Counted from the first letter of the whole stretch, positions 1 to 16,911 are shown. The stretch is 63,039 nucleotides of DNA, filler included, from Collodictyon triciliatum (GCA_043381765.1; 5 parts of 5 records of this genome joined end to end with filler, not necessarily neighbours in it); one strand, 5' to 3'. Notes: a model not told the origin generated them from the letters alone. Numbers and translations: made by a program.

Positions 1-106
<106 letters not shown>

Positions 107-246
107 GAACACCAAACAAAGAAACAAGCAAAAAACAAGGAAAAAAAAACCAAAACAAAATAGCCCAGCGATCTGAGAGCTCTTTCAGAGTATGCATATA
201 CACTATTTAATTAATCATCCAAGTACATCATCACCTTACGAATTAG

Positions 247-600
247 GTTACCAATATTCCTGATGCAATCAACCAGCTCTGCAATCTAGAAACGCTGGAC
301 GTCGCAAACAATAAAGTAGCAACAAGTTTCTTTTAAAATATACGATACAGTTATTATTCGATAGTTTCTTTCATTTTCAGCGTATGTGCTCATTTAAATA
401 GCTTTAATCGCTTTTTCTTCTGTGTAATTTCTTCTATTTTAATTTTGACTTAAATTTAATTAAATATACAATAGATATTGCGGCTTCCGACATTTTATCA
501 AAGAATTAGAAACATAAGAAATAGCCAAGGATTTGGAGATATTCATGATTCAATGGAACCTACAAAGCAGAGAATAAAAATTCTGGACTTTGACTCTTAA
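247..600 (+). CDS. 3' exons of a leucine-rich-repeat protein (5' partial)
   Basis: Exon at 247 translates VTNIPDAINQLCNLETLDVANNK (LRR consensus). It splices GT-AG to ILRLPTFYQ...DFDS* ending TAA at 598-600. Confidence 0.6.
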
Positions 601-1095
601 TACATATTTTGCTTCTAGGATTTTTCTCTCGAACTTTTGGACGAATAAATTGTACTTTTCACATAACCACTCTTTATTGAGTCTTTGATCTCATACGAAT
701 CATTCTTACGTGGCTTTCTAAGATATGGATATAAATAACTTCTAGGAATACCACATGTCAAGATTTTTTTTTTATTTTTTTTACCAAATGAATTGATGTC
801 AGACATCAATTTTTTTTTAAGAGTGCCTAATTCTTCAGGCAAATCCATATTAGTGAAGAATTCTGGTAGTTTTTTTTTTTTAACATCAAGCTTATCTATT
901 TTAAGGCTAAAACAGTGAGGTCTCGCTGCCATCCATATATGTTGTTTTGGTATTCTTAAAAATAAATACGGTTGACTTAAGCTCATGTCCTCTTGCTACC
1001 TATTAAGACCAATCGATATTACAGCAACTTTTGTACAAGGCGATTTAAGATTTATGCATATCGCAGCCTATCTTCTGTCACTCGTGAATATTGAG

Positions 1096-4000
1096 TTATG
1101 ATGGCAGCTCTCCCAGTTGGTCTATAGTAAAGTGCAATCAAGTGACAAAAGGCAAATTTTCGACTTGTTTAAGGTAAAATAAAAGAAAAATAAAAAAGAT
1201 AAAAATAAACGAATATCAGGAAGCTTCACAACGCACGAGTCCGTTGATTTCCCCAAGTGCTAGGCCGCCCACCAGTGAGTCCAATAGCCTGTGAGGAGGG
1301 TCGATGCTCCTTTTTCTGCTTTGTACAAATTATAACAGATAAGAGTTTTGATTTGTCACCTGTAATATTTTTTTTGGATGTTTGTGATTTAAACAGAGAT
1401 GACCAGCAAAGTCAATAGATGGAACTTACGCCCGCGTTAAGGTATATTTGACTAATTGCATTTATATCGTATCGCTTTCCATAATGTGACCCAGCCCCAT
1501 AAGACCATGCTTGTTTACCTAACCGGAAGAAAAATCATTAGACAAGAAATGGTGACGTACTCATAAATAAATATGTATTCTGTTGTAAAGTAGAGTCGAG
1601 TATTCCTACCTGAATCTGTCTGTGTGGTCACATCATCGTTTGATTGGAAAACATACTGGTACACCCGAAGAGGTTCATACGTGCTTCGAGCTGATGCATC
1701 ACTTCCTATGTATCGAAAACCAAGAGAGATATGTATTAGACACTTGCTAGAGCGCACAAAGTTATTGAGCTATTGGAGGCGTTGATTAAATTTGTTTATT
1801 GCAAATGATGCTTCGACACATTGTTCCGAACACATGGTAGTCTAAAGGTTTGTGTATTTTCAACAAACTTCGGTATGGAATAGCATAATCGGACTTTGGG
1901 CAGTAATCCATACGAAATTTCTACATATTTTGCGAGAAAAATAACCAACATAATTATGATACTTGGCATCGAAGGAGTAGCATTTCAAGTTCTCTTCCAG
2001 GATTTTTTTATAGGGTTTTTTAATTTCTGCTGGTGAGGTTTTCTTTTCATAAAATTGGAATAGTCCACGCGTATTCATTTAATGTAAATGTTTTGCGTAA
2101 ATGTTAAACATCATTCGAGTGTAATATCATGGTTCGCTAAAAAAAAAATCCAAAAAATCCAGATTTATCACCTCTACCTCTGTTGACGGACTCTTGTTGG
2201 GATTGTGCCTATTAAGTATTCCTGAGTTTAATAAAGAATCCTTCACAAGAGGCTCCTTAATGTGTAGTATATATTACCCTTGGGATGACTCGGCAACTCG
2301 AGGTGGTCTCTAAATGATAAAAGCGATTTGGAAAGGTAATTCACAAGCATCATGTCATAGTCTCATTTGAAGTATCATAAAAAATAATAATATAAAAGGG
2401 AGGTAAGGTATCCGTGATGTCGGATATTTCATTTATTTATCTCACACATAATTGTAAATATTCCAAAATTTTGAATCAAAGCGTACGGTTTTTTTTTTCA
2501 AGAAAAGATTCATTCGATTATAAATAACGGTTACATATCGCGACATCAAAGGTTTTTCATCACTTTGTTTCACTTTCTCAGATGACTGGGCGATGGCCTT
2601 CCTACAAACGATTTTTTTTTTTTTGGATCGAAGGATTGCTACCTGCCGTAGTTTGATGAAAATCCCTTAAAATTAAGATAAAATGATTATAAAATGGAAT
2701 ACTTTTCTGCATCACGTTTATCTTTCTCAAGTAATTGTAGCTCCTTTCTCTTTGCAAATGAGGTCGTCTCTGCATCAACGAAGGGTAATTTTTTTTTTTT
2801 TATTAAATAATAGGGATTTCCTTTCTTACAAAAATGACATTTAATTTTTTAAGATTTAACATTTCAAAAGAAAAGAGTGACGATGTAACCAATTGCTTCT
2901 TATTTTTATTTTTGGAAAACTTTGAAAATCTAACCTGAAAAAAGTGATGTGGGGATCGAGCGCGCATATGCCAAATATTGTCCATATCGATCTATGCGGT
3001 GTTGTTCCGTACACGGGAATATTCTTGTGAAATGAACCTTTTTGTTTTATTTTTAGGTTTCGAAGTTGAGCTTAGTATGTGATAGTGGGTACGTATTATC
3101 GCAATAAATTATGAGCAAATCAACCTGTTAGTAAATAAAGGTCACACTCAATAAAACTTACCATATTTTTATCTTCATAAATACTTTTTTGTTGAATTAA
3201 GTCATCTGTATAAGAGACTGGCGCTGTTGGAGGTGAATTTATATTGGCAGTAGATGAAATAGATGATAGCTGGTAGTAAGAAACTAAGTTATATAAACTG
3301 CAAGAATATTTCTGATTTGTTAAATTTTTGGTATTTACAGCGAAAGATGATAAGAAATAGATGCATAGCTGAATATATGAATAAATAAAAAAGTAAATAA
3401 AAAAGTAAATAAAAAAGAAAATAAAAAAGTAAATAAAAAAGTAAATAAAAAAGTAAATAAAAAAGTAAATANNNNNNNNNNNNNNNNNNNNNNNNNNNNN
3501 NNNNNNNNNNNNNNNNNNNNNNNNNNNNNNNNNNNNNNNNNNNNNNNNNNNNNNNNNNNNNNNNNNNNNNNTTAAAAAAGTATATTAAAAAAGGATATTA
3601 AAAAAGGATATTAAAAAAGGATATTAAAAAAGGATATTAAAAAAGGATATTAAAAAAGGATATTAAAAAAGTATATTAAAAAAGTATATTAAAAAGTATA
3701 TTAAAAAGTATATTAAAAAGTATATTAAAAAAGTATATAAAAAAGGAAATAAAAAAGTATGTAAAAGTATTTAAAAAAGGATATTAAAAAAAGGATATTA
3801 AAAAAAGGATATTAAAAAAAGGATATTAAAAAAGGATATTAAAAAGGATATTAAAAAAGTATATTAAAAAAGTATATAAAAAAGGAAATAAAAAAGTATG
3901 TAAAAGTATTTAAAAAAGGAAATAAATGATAAATTGGGTAAATATGGCGATAAAAGAAGCAATAGTCATACATCCTGGGATGAACTGCCAAGTGTTCTTC

Positions 4001-7000
4001 TTTTTATTTCTTGTTGACGCTGTTTCAAAACTCTTTTTTTTTTTTTTACAGTATAAAGTTAATTTGATTCACGAATAAAGCATATCAATGGCGATATACT
4101 ATAAACATTTTTCAATTATATATATATAAAAGTACTTTTGTTTTTCCTCTGGGTTCATTTGTATGAGCGAGAGAACCTCATTTACGAGAGATAGTTTCAC
4201 CTTAGTATCGAAAGGAGAATCTGTGCGAAGGCTAGGTGCATGATTCACCTACAGGAATTAAAGAAAAGAAAATAGTTTTACAATAAATTAGTTTGATGCA
4301 CACAATTTTCATTGTCATGATAAAATTTTTGTTGTACATTTGATTTTATCATATTCATACCTCTAAGAGCCAGGGACGACAATCCTTGTCAATCATTATG
4401 TCAAACCCCAGAATTTCAAAACACGAAAATCCGTCTGTGAAATTCCCAAACGCATTCTTATAATAAATCTCGAGCGATGGTTGCGCTGCGATAAGAGTCT
4501 TTATGATGATATCCTATAATTGACAATTTCAAATCGGAGAATATATAAAAGAAGAATTTTACAGGTCAAAAAGTTTGGCGTGTTGGGAAAATTAGTGAAA
4601 ACTCGGGTATATTGGAAATTTCAGCATATTAATTGAAATTTAAGAAATTAAAAGGTTGGGTTTATGAATTTGAGCTTTACAAACCCCAATATCCGCCCAA
4701 AGTTTACGGGTGTCATGACCCATCGATTCTATTGTTTTCATCACAGAATTCAGGCTACGTTTATTGCCTCGATCAGCCTTATCGGGGTCTGTGTTAACTT
4801 CGAAGTTTTCATTTGTTTTATTGATGGCATAGTTGGTAAGATGGACATATCTGTCCTCCTGTATGCCGATTTTTTTTTTTAAAAAAAATAGATTCAAGCC
4901 TTTACACATACCCCTCGCTTATTTGCATCATTTTATTAGACTTTGGCATGAATCTGATGATATCGAATTTGTTTCACGACCTTCATTACATACAAATACT
5001 AAATTAAAATGCATGACTCACCATGTTTTCGGGGTTTGGTTGTGTATATTCCTCTGTGCAAAATCTCCCAAGGCCTTCGTCATAGAGAAACACTCGGAGT
5101 GGCATGCAACTTGTTACCAAGACATATATTCTCAGGTCGAATTTCAGGTTATCAATCAGGAAAGGCTGTATATGAATGTAGCAAATTCGAATGAGTCGAC
5201 AATCACGACAAAGCCTTGTATTTATGAATCCCCCCCCCCCCCCCCCCCCCCCCCNNNNNNNNNNNNNNNNNNNNNNNNNNNNNNNNNNNNNNNNNNNNNN
5301 NNNNNNNNNNNNNNNNNNNNNNNNNNNNNNNNNNNNNNNNNNNNNNNNNNNNNNNNNNNNNNNNNNNNNNNNNNNNNNNNNNNNNNNNNNNNNNNNNNNN
5401 NNNNNNNNNNNNNNNNNNNNNNNNNNNNNNNNNNNNNNNNNNNNNNNNNNNNNNNNNNNNNNNNNNNNNNNNNNNNNNNNNNNNNNNNNNNNNNNNNNNN
5501 NNNNNNNNNNNNNNNNNNNNNNNNNNNNNNNNNNNNNNNNNNNNNNNNNNNNNNNNNNNNNNNNNNNNNNNNNNNNNNNNNNNNNNNNNNNNNNNNNNNN
5601 NNNNNNNNNNNNNNNNNNNNNNNNNNNNNNNNNNNNNNNNNNNNNNNNNNNNNNNNAAAAAAAAAAAAAAAAAACCAAAACCCAAGAAACCAGCAATATG
5701 TAAAGGGCCTGAGAAACTTTTTTTTTTTTTGCCAAAGATCATACGCATCAGGTAGTATCCAGGTCATCGGAAAAAAGTCATAATCAGCTGGGAATTCCTT
5801 CCTCATTTGCGCGAGATTGTGCCCGAGAAAATTTTTACGAGCAATTGAATACATTCCAGGGAAGTGATTGATTTTCTGAAATTGCGAAAGTGAATTCTAT
5901 TTAAATATTTGCCAATACATATAAACGCATGGTTGAATCATTAAAGCATATTCTCAATGAGATAAGGAAGATATAGCAGTTTGTGATAAGAAGTGTTAAA
6001 GCTATGGTATATGCCGTGTTGTCTGATTTGAAGTCTAACAGCATAGCAAATAAGGAGACCTGGTGCCCAGATATGCGGATGTTTGAGCGCTCCCCATCGG
6101 ACCAAAATATGTCCCATTGCGCTTGCGGGTCAGCTTGGATATATTCCCATCCGCGGTCCATAACAGCCTGACGAACTACACAGGTAACATAATATGAGAA
6201 CCAAAATATTGGATTGTTTTGCACAACTAATCGCACAGCTTTATCATATAACCTAATCCAGATGAAAAAACTTTATGATTCCAAATACTTGCTTTGTGAC
6301 ATACAAAAATTTTACTTTTACTATTGTCGTTCCAGCAATTAGTATTTATAAAAAAAAACCATAAAATCATAAAATCATAAAATCATAAAATCATAAAACC
6401 ATAAAACCATAAAACCATCAAACCATAAAACCATAAAAAACCATAAAAAACCATAAAAAACCATAAAAAACCATAAAAAACCATAAAAAACCATAAAAAA
6501 CCATAAAAANNNNNNNNNNNNNNNNNNNNNNNNNNNNNNNNNNNNNNNNNNNNNNNNNNNNNNNNNNNNNNNNNNNNNNNNNNNNNNNNNNNNNNNNNNN
6601 NNNNNNNNNAAAACAATAAAAAACAATAAAAAACAATAAAAAACAATAAAAAACAATAAAAAACAATAAAAAACAATAAAAAAAACAATAAAAAAATAAA
6701 AAAACAATAAAAAAACAATAAAAAAACAATAAAAAACAATAAAAAAAAACAATAAAAATGGAAGCAAACTACACTTACCAACTTTCCATTTGCATTCTGT
6801 GACGTTCACGACGATGTTTGGGAGAGAGCGCATCTCTTGCTTAGCCGAAGCTGCAGAAGCCGGCGCGTGAAGTGAGTCAAGGCCACTTTTTCGAGACTTT
6901 GTAGTGTGAGTCAGGGTTACTTGATCCTCACTTTCCTCCTCACTATCCGTCTCGTACTCGTCCTCCCCACTGCTTTCTTCACAGTCTGAGTCGCTGTCTT

Positions 7001-7127
7001 TGAAAAAATGCCGCGCCTCGCGCGACTTATATGCGCCCTGCTTGTGCTTGGGCTCGTGTGGATTCCTCTGTAGTCGCGCGTAGTTCAGCAAAGGCCGAAC
7101 AGGTCCACTTCCTCCGCGCGATGTCAT
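1096..7127 (-). CDS. Tubulin polyglutamylase, TTLL6/TTLL13-like, multi-exon, spans N-gaps
   Basis: Exons give [81 protein letters not shown] and FTRIFP. Exons below about 2530 and the stop at 1096-1098 are tentative. Confidence 0.85.
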
Positions 7128-7797
7128 AGGGCGATCGTTCTTTTTTGTCTATTTTTTTATATTGACTTTGTTGAATAGTGGAAGGTTGGCACTATCCTGC
7201 CTTTTTTTTCTTTTTCGTTTCTTTCACTTCTGCTTCCTTTCTTTCTTTCTAAATCGAATATGTATGCTCATTTCTAGTCAGCGCCAAGAAGGGAATTGGC
7301 GCGTGGCAGGAGACATGTCATGTTTACCCGAAAGGCGCTATCGGCTCAAAGTTCAGATAGAAATGGTGTGATGAAGCGAACAAAGCATTCGTGGTTTTCT
7401 CTTCTCTCTTTTTCCGATGGCTTTTCAAGAACGCGGCGATTGGACATATAATGGCGTGTGTACGATGGAGCGAAGCATAAGACAGATTGACAAAATGACA
7501 CATGCCACCAGATAGGCAACGATAAAATATACCCGATAGATTTGTATTAAGGCAAGCGGATATCACACTGGTCCGTATGCAAGAGAAGAAAAGGGGAAAT
7601 TATGATTCGCGAATATTGATACAAACTTTTTAGAAAACGGCATAATATGCCATTCATTCCCCTTAGACAAACAAACAAACAAACAAACAAACAAACAAAC
7701 AAACAAACAAACAAACAAACAAACAAAAAAAAAAACAAACAAAAAAACAAAAANNNNNNNNNNNNNNNNNNNNNNNNNNNNNNNNNNNNNNNNNNNN

Positions 7798-7809
7798 TTA
7801 ATTAATTAA
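7798..7809. other. Artificial contig linker TTAATTAATTAA inside N run
   Basis: Identical 12-mer with stops in all frames, centred in N blocks here and at 35225, 43156 and 56233. Confidence 0.9.
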
Positions 7810-7853
7810 NNNNNNNNNNNNNNNNNNNNNNNNNNNNNNNNNNNNNNNNNNNN

Positions 7854-7948
<95 letters not shown>

Positions 7949-8043
7949 TCCACCATCATCATAACCATCATCATAACCATCATCATACTCATAATAACAA
8001 TACAGCAAGAAAGATAACTTCAGAAATACACATATTTATTTAG

Positions 8044-11000
8044 ATCGACCCTCATAAACTTAAAGAAAAAATCAAAGAGCTGGATGCAAATGTCGAAAAA
8101 TTACACTTTTGGTGTCAAACTGTATTCGATTCGATCGTCCAAGCTGTTGGAGAATGCCCTCAGTAATTCGAATTATACAAAATGGTGTATTATATTTTGA
8201 TCCTTTAGTAATCCTACATTTTTTTTTCATGGATGCTCTCATTATCTTACGTTTTAAACACCAAATCCAAGTTCCTTCCGGGTTATTTGCAATCATCTAC
8301 AAGTCGAAGTCGGTAAAAGATTTCCAGAGAAAAGGGTTATCTCTGTTGGTAGTTTTATCTTTTTGAGATACCTGTGTCCAGCCATCGTCGCACCGCACGC
8401 TTTCGGTGTCATGAAAAGTGGGGTCAATTACCAATCATAGTTATATTATTGGACGAAAGACAATTTTGCCTATTCTTTTTTCTTCTTCTTTTCTCTGGAT
8501 TCATGATATTTATATGCCCATATTTACATTTAACTGCTTCGTAGAGTCTCCAACTGAAGACGTACAGAGGAATCTAGTTCTGATTTCGAAGGTTTTGCAA
8601 AATCTTGCAAACTGTGCAGAGTTTGGTGGCAAGGAACAATGGATGGCTCCAATGAATTCATTCATCCAAGGAAACCAAACTCGTCTTCATATATATTGCA
8701 ATACAATTGCAGTAAGCTTGTTTTATTTAACGGTTGATTATATTATATTATCGAATCCTAATTTAATGGGATAAAGAGAAAAAATTATGGTCATAATAAT
8801 TGATCAATTTTTTTTTTTTTTAAAAAAAAGGCAGCAGTTGTTGATGTACCCCAAAAAGATCAAAACGAGTACCCGATTACAAAGGAGGTCTATGACGAGA
8901 GCATGGATAGACTGGTCATGAGCATATCAAAGTAACCACCTTAACTTTGTGCACGTTTCTCAAGAAAGAACCTAAATGCGATTAACATGTAACATACAAT
9001 ATTTCCACTTTTCGTTCAATTAATTTTTCTTTTGAAGTTGATAATGCTGCTAGAACTAACCTATCACCTATATTACCAAAATAGGTACCACCAAGCCCTG
9101 ATACAAAAGTTTGAAAAGAAGAAAGTCACAGCCGTAAATGCCTATTCTCTATATACATATATTTCTGATTATTTTGAAAGCTTGGTATATCATCAAATGA
9201 CAACTATCTAAACCTGACCCAATCAATAATACTCTAGACTATATCGTATAAAACGCTGGACAGGCTGCAATTTTCCATCCCAAGTTTGAGAAGAGGTTCT
9301 GGAAATCGTGGGCGACTTACTATCGTCGATGTTGTCACTCCAGGAGACTTTGAACCGCTCTCAAATTTCATAGATGTAATGGCATCTCTATATATTTTTT
9401 TTTGTTAACAATTCTCAGTATTAAATTTAAAAATTTAGTATAATTGTATTAAATCTTTCTGACCTTCCCAATACTACTTGTAAGTTAGGGCGTATATTGA
9501 TCTTAATTCATTCTTTCCTCATCTAGATGATATTTTGCCCAACGGCCAAGCTGCTCAACACACTTTTGGATGTGATGGCTCAGAACCTGACTATTGCAGA
9601 ATCGAATAATATAATTACCTCTCTGATGAAGCTTTTTCAAGTGTGTTATAATGAATGAATAGACAAATAACTGTAGCATACTAAAATCATCGTTTCTGAA
9701 TAGGGGAATGGCCAGCTTCTGATTTTGCTCGACATACTCTGTGGGAGAGATGCACCCCGCACAGGTTGATATTTTGTGTTGGTGACTTATTCCCTCCTTT
9801 CTTCAATTCGTGGGGACCGATTATACAACAAAAATGAATCTAACTTCTCAATCTAACTTAACTCCTCGTGAATAGGTTCTGTGGAAGGATTTTTAGCAAG
9901 CTCAATGACAGGAAACGTCATCTCTGATATATACGGTCTTGAAAGCCCAAGATACCTGAAACACATTTTGGACCCCTTAATATCCGAAATATGCAATAGC
10001 AATATCAGTTTTGTGGTAAAAAAACATTATTATTTTGTTTAATTCTTACATCATCTGTGTTCTAATCATGATTTTTTTACAATTATTATCACAATTACAA
10101 ATACTATTATTATGTTATTGTTATTGTCATTATTGCGATTATTACTATTACAACTGAATACCTCTATCTTCGAAGATTGATAACTCTGTCGGTCCGGAGG
10201 AAGCAAAAGAGAATTTCAAAGAGATTCAAAGAATCACTGGTGTCTTTTTGAATCGTTTTCTAACATCTGAGAGAGATTGCCCCATGTTAGTTTATTTATA
10301 ATATTTTTAGACTAGTCCATAATGGGATTTCACACTCTGATTATGTTCTCTTATTTATTGCGCGAGCATATCTAAGATGTACCACTACCCATTTGATCAT
10401 TTTGTTCATCAAATACCGAATCAAACCCATCGCATAAATAGGGTTCTCCGGCACATGTTTGGTATCTTTCAATCATACGTCACGGAGTTTAGGCTCTCCA
10501 ATAACAGACACGAGGCTACTGCGCGCTCATTTATCGTGAACCTCGTATGTGCCGCTATTGCATTCCCTGACAGACACAAGCTTGTTCCATGTAAGACTAT
10601 CACTATCCAGTGGGTTGTTTCTGTTTTTCTCTATTTTTTTAAATGAATTAAAAATCTACAATTTTTGAAGAGCATTTGAATCAGAATAAAATATCATTAT
10701 TTTCCCATATTTATATTTTTGCCAAAAATTCACTTTTCAGTTGTTTTTGTTTTTCCTTTAAGAAATTAAAATTATTATATATAGCTGCAGAGCAGATACC
10801 CAAGAATGCAAAGCGTGGACTTTGGATAATATCAAAGCTTATTTCAAACATCGCACTTGGGGTGACCAACAAACTCTCGCCTTTTTAACAATCATTTGCT
10901 TTTATTTTATATAAATTATTTTCAGAATAGGCTTCTGATCTTCTGGAAAATGATATCAGGTAAAATACAAAGAGTCATATGCCAGCGACATGAACAAGTT

Positions 11001-11468
11001 GATTGATTTGTATGCACGTCCTTTCCAAGTTTTCCTCGAAAGAGTAGCTGTAAGAATAGTTTAAGATGCTAATAGAAGTAAAAGGAAAAAAAAAAGATGC
11101 TAATAGAAGTATCCTAAAAGAATTACTATCCATAATTGATTGGTGATACATATGCGGATGTGAATGATTTTTTTTTTAAAAAAAGTACATATGTGATGTC
11201 TATAGTCTCCCGAGATTAGTGCGCCTTGTGAATCACCAGCTGTTTACGAATATTCTGACTTGATGGTGGAAGCTCAGGTTCTTTAAATATCAAATAAGGC
11301 ATTAAAAAATGTTAGCACTATATGACCAAAAATCTTTCGCTGCAGCCACCGGAAACATGACTGTGCGAAAAGTCCGATTAAAATCACTTTTACTAGGATA
11401 TTCTCGACTACGTAAACTCTGTCTTTGCAGACTTCCTTAAGATTCTAGAAAACGACATCACCGAAATT
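8044..11468 (+). CDS. RasGAP-domain protein with two tandem GAP-like domains (partial)
   Basis: Domain 1 exons: IDPHKL...ECP, SVGSFIFLRYLCPAIVAP, RNLVLISKVLQNLAN. Domain 2 exons: YLKHILDPLI, DCP, SFIVNLVCAAIAFP, RGLWIISKLISNIA. Both ends uncertain. Confidence 0.8.
11063..11111 (+). mobile_element. Minimal A-tailed insert (AAAGG+A8) between 18-bp direct repeats
   Basis: aagatgctaatagaagta at 11063-11080 and 11094-11111 flanks aaaggaaaaaaaa, which equals the last 5 nt of the Fanzor-element terminus plus A tail. Confidence 0.6.
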
Positions 11469-11514
11469 GTGAGTGGGCACTATGTTTCTTTTCCTCTTTA
11501 CTCTTTACTCTTTA

Positions 11515-11561
<47 letters not shown>

Positions 11562-12647
11562 TCCTTTTGTTATTAAAGAAAAAAAAGGATGTGACGAAAA
11601 AGTATAATCGTTTGGTCTTGTCTGAAAGAGAAAAAAAAAACCTTCGTCTCAAAAAGGCTGTCTCTTACAACTTCATGGAAGTGGTGTCCGCTTCGGCCGA
11701 TATCTACAAAACTCAGGTGATGGAGAAGCGCCGTAAGAAGATTTAGGTCTGGGCAGTGGAGAATGGAAATATAGACCCTTTCCTTTCCTTTTCCTATCCC
11801 AAGAAGAAAAAAAAAACATTTTGCTCGAATATCTTGTCGTTGCAATTCTATATCGAAATTGCATTTGTCTGCTGTTTGTAGACGCAAAAAATCGAAACAG
11901 ATGACTCATTCAGTTTTCATGATTCCTTGTTTTTTTTTTTTAAACAGCACCAACAACAACAAAGGAATAAATATTTGCCCACTCATTTTATATTTTATTT
12001 TTTTCAAAAAAGAAAAAGAGAGAAGCCTCCACTGTTTTCTTTTAATTAAGACATGGACAGATTGAATGTACGATGCACTGATTTTCATATATCTATATAT
12101 CTATATACACAAAAAAAAAATCATTCTTTTGCGAAAGAAACCACTGAGAAATCGTGATTCGGTGTCTGTGTGAAACGCAAAACCATTGAAGGGGGCCGGG
12201 TTACTTCATCATGTGTTCATCTGATTGGTTTATTCAGGCGTTAATTGGAAATCCAAGGTGGGTTTGGATGGGCGGACGGCCGGGCTAATGATAAAAAGAA
12301 AAAATAGAGAGAGAAAAGAGCATGGAGGTGGTAATGCAGCAAGGTAAGGAAGCTAACTCAAAGGTGCGTTATATTCTCATCGAATCGGCATCGAGAGAAT
12401 CTCGCGGCTCGTGCAAAAAGGCGGGGATGCTAACTATTTAGAGAAAATGACCCCATGCAGTCTCCATATCTTACCTCTGATTTCACTTATTATTCTGGAT
12501 GGGTAAAAAAAAGTTTTTTTTGAGTTGTTGATTCATGCTATAACTCGGTTTTTCATGTTCCTGATACCAGGAGCATGAAAGAGGCGGGTTTTATAATTAT
12601 CATTACTATTTTATTTTTTTTTAGTTTGAAAAGGCGATATTCCCCCA

Positions 12648-14960
<2,313 letters not shown>

Positions 14961-15295
14961 GACAGGGGAGCTCTGTTGTATGAATAGTAGTCACTTAAAC
15001 AGAAATCCTATTTAAATCGCATCCCCAGATGACACGCACTACATTTAATCACATTGATATATGCTGATTACTCACATGCTGGCTTTGTCCAGTGTACGTG
15101 TTTTGATTGTGAATAAAGGAAGAAACTTTTAATCCGTGTTGCCTAGCGCCTATCCGAATTATCCTACGAGATTAAACAGAGAGGAGTGTTTTGTTGTGAG
15201 ATTACAATTCGAAGAAAAAAGAGAATACGATGGATAGTGTAGGCTATGTGAGATTTAAGATGAACGAGCGGGGGGGGGGGGTTCCTACAAGAACA

Positions 15296-16911
15296 TTAAA
15301 AGTATTTAATATCAATACGATGGCTTCGGCGGTTTTCTCTTGGCCACTCCTTTGAGTACCTCACGCTTTCCAGATGGTACCTCGGCACCGGGCCTGATAG
15401 TGCTTCTCCTTCTTGATGAGGAGGGATTTTGATTTGCCTCGTATACAAGTGGAGTGTTTGTAAAGGCTGGATTGATAGAATGCTGTGGTGGAGTGTTAGG
15501 TAGAATGCTTGATTATTATTATCATCTAGAAGAAATGTCGCTGTGTATAAGAAATGCAAAGTAATTATTACATATTCCCGCGTATGTTTTTGTTCTTGTT
15601 TCCTTGAAGAAAGAGTAGAGAAGATAAAATGCATACATGTGGTGTGTCATAAGTAACTCTGTCGAGATTGCGTGGCTTTGAAACAAAGAACTGTTCTTGG
15701 GTATATGTCAAGATTCATTTAAGAATTGATGTAAAATGGTGCATTATGTTTTGAGGATTGCGAATAGATACATCTATATATGATACTAATTAATTCGATG
15801 GATGTAGTAACATAAGGAACGTACCACTTATACCAGAGCTAATGAAGTTTCGGAACACTATTTCAATAAATTGCTCTGTGCTCATACTTTTGGCTCCGAC
15901 AGTCTCAGCGAAGGATAATAATTGCTTCAAACCAGCTTCCTCTCTTGTCGGAAATTCATCTCTCAAACGGTGAAGTTGCATGTGAGGATCCTGTATGTCT
16001 AGGTATTATTGAAAGAGGGGTTTACATAAAATTAAATGACTACATGATTATGTAGGAAAGATTCAAGTGCTGGTTTAGTACATTCTTTATATGTTTGACT
16101 GCCAGCATATGGTGGAATCGTATCAGGTCGTAAAAAATGACACGTTCAAGCTACCGCGTGTTGCTCGTGGATCAGGAGAAAATAATTGGAAGTATTTTAT
16201 TTATTTATTTTTGTTGTTTTTTTTTTCTTAAAAAAAGACAAAGGTCATGGAAAATGAGGACGGACTAAAGCTAAAGATATGTCAACGTACATGTGTGGAA
16301 GGACGAAAGATCTGCTTCGGTCCATGAAGACAAGGCTGACGACTACAAAGCATTTTATGATTACGCATAGAAAAGAAATTCTCTGGTCTGTAAAATCTTC
16401 CGACAAAAAAAAACCAAAAAAAAAGTGGACTAAAAGCTAAAAAGAAAAAAAGAAAAAAAGAAAAAAAGAAAAAAAGAAAAAATGAAAAAATGAAAAAAAG
16501 AAAAAATGAAAAAAAGAAAAAAAGAAAAAAAGAAAAAAAGAAAAAAAAGAAAAAAAGAAAAAAGAAAACAGAAAAAAGAAAACAGAAAAAAGAAAAAAGA
16601 AATGAAAAGAAAAGAAAAGCAAGATCAACCCGCACCCAAGTTTGGTGAGGACCGGACGACTGGTGATCCTTGCCCAACGGCTGGCCCTGCGTGCGATCGA
16701 AGGAGGAGCGCTCAGAAGCCTCGTATTCGCTCGCATGGTCACTGAAGAACCGGTTTGTGTCCATCCTACAATGAGGCGGCTGCAGATCTCGTCTGGTTGC
16801 GCTCGGCTGATTCGTGTGTTGCGCCCTGCTTGGCGGGAAGGATTTGTGACTCGGCTGCCCGGATCTAAGCAGACGAGGCTTTGGCTGATTGATCCGGGAC
16901 ACATGCCGCAA
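15296..16911 (-). CDS. Hypothetical protein, about 4 exons
   Basis: ORF segments MRHVSRINQ..., PENFFSMRNH..., DPHMQLHRLRDEF..., DDNNNQAFYL...KYF* joined by GT-AG introns. No family recognised. Confidence 0.45.

Noticed and set aside
615-986. 123-aa minus-strand ORF
   Set aside because: Lys-rich from A runs, no recognisable motif, and it lies between two convergent gene ends.
3380-3925. CRISPR-like array
   Set aside because: Simple A-rich tandem repeats without unique spacers, inside a eukaryotic intron.
4833-8008. Long ORFs rich in X, F, Y, I or K (also near 33000, 38700, 48500, 51500, 58800, 61000)
   Set aside because: They are translations of N gaps and microsatellites.
15102-15125. Further terminus-like strings (tttgattgtgaataaagga here; also near 10675, 20457, 21724, 27405)
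   Set aside because: Short or gapped matches in AT-rich DNA with no TSD.
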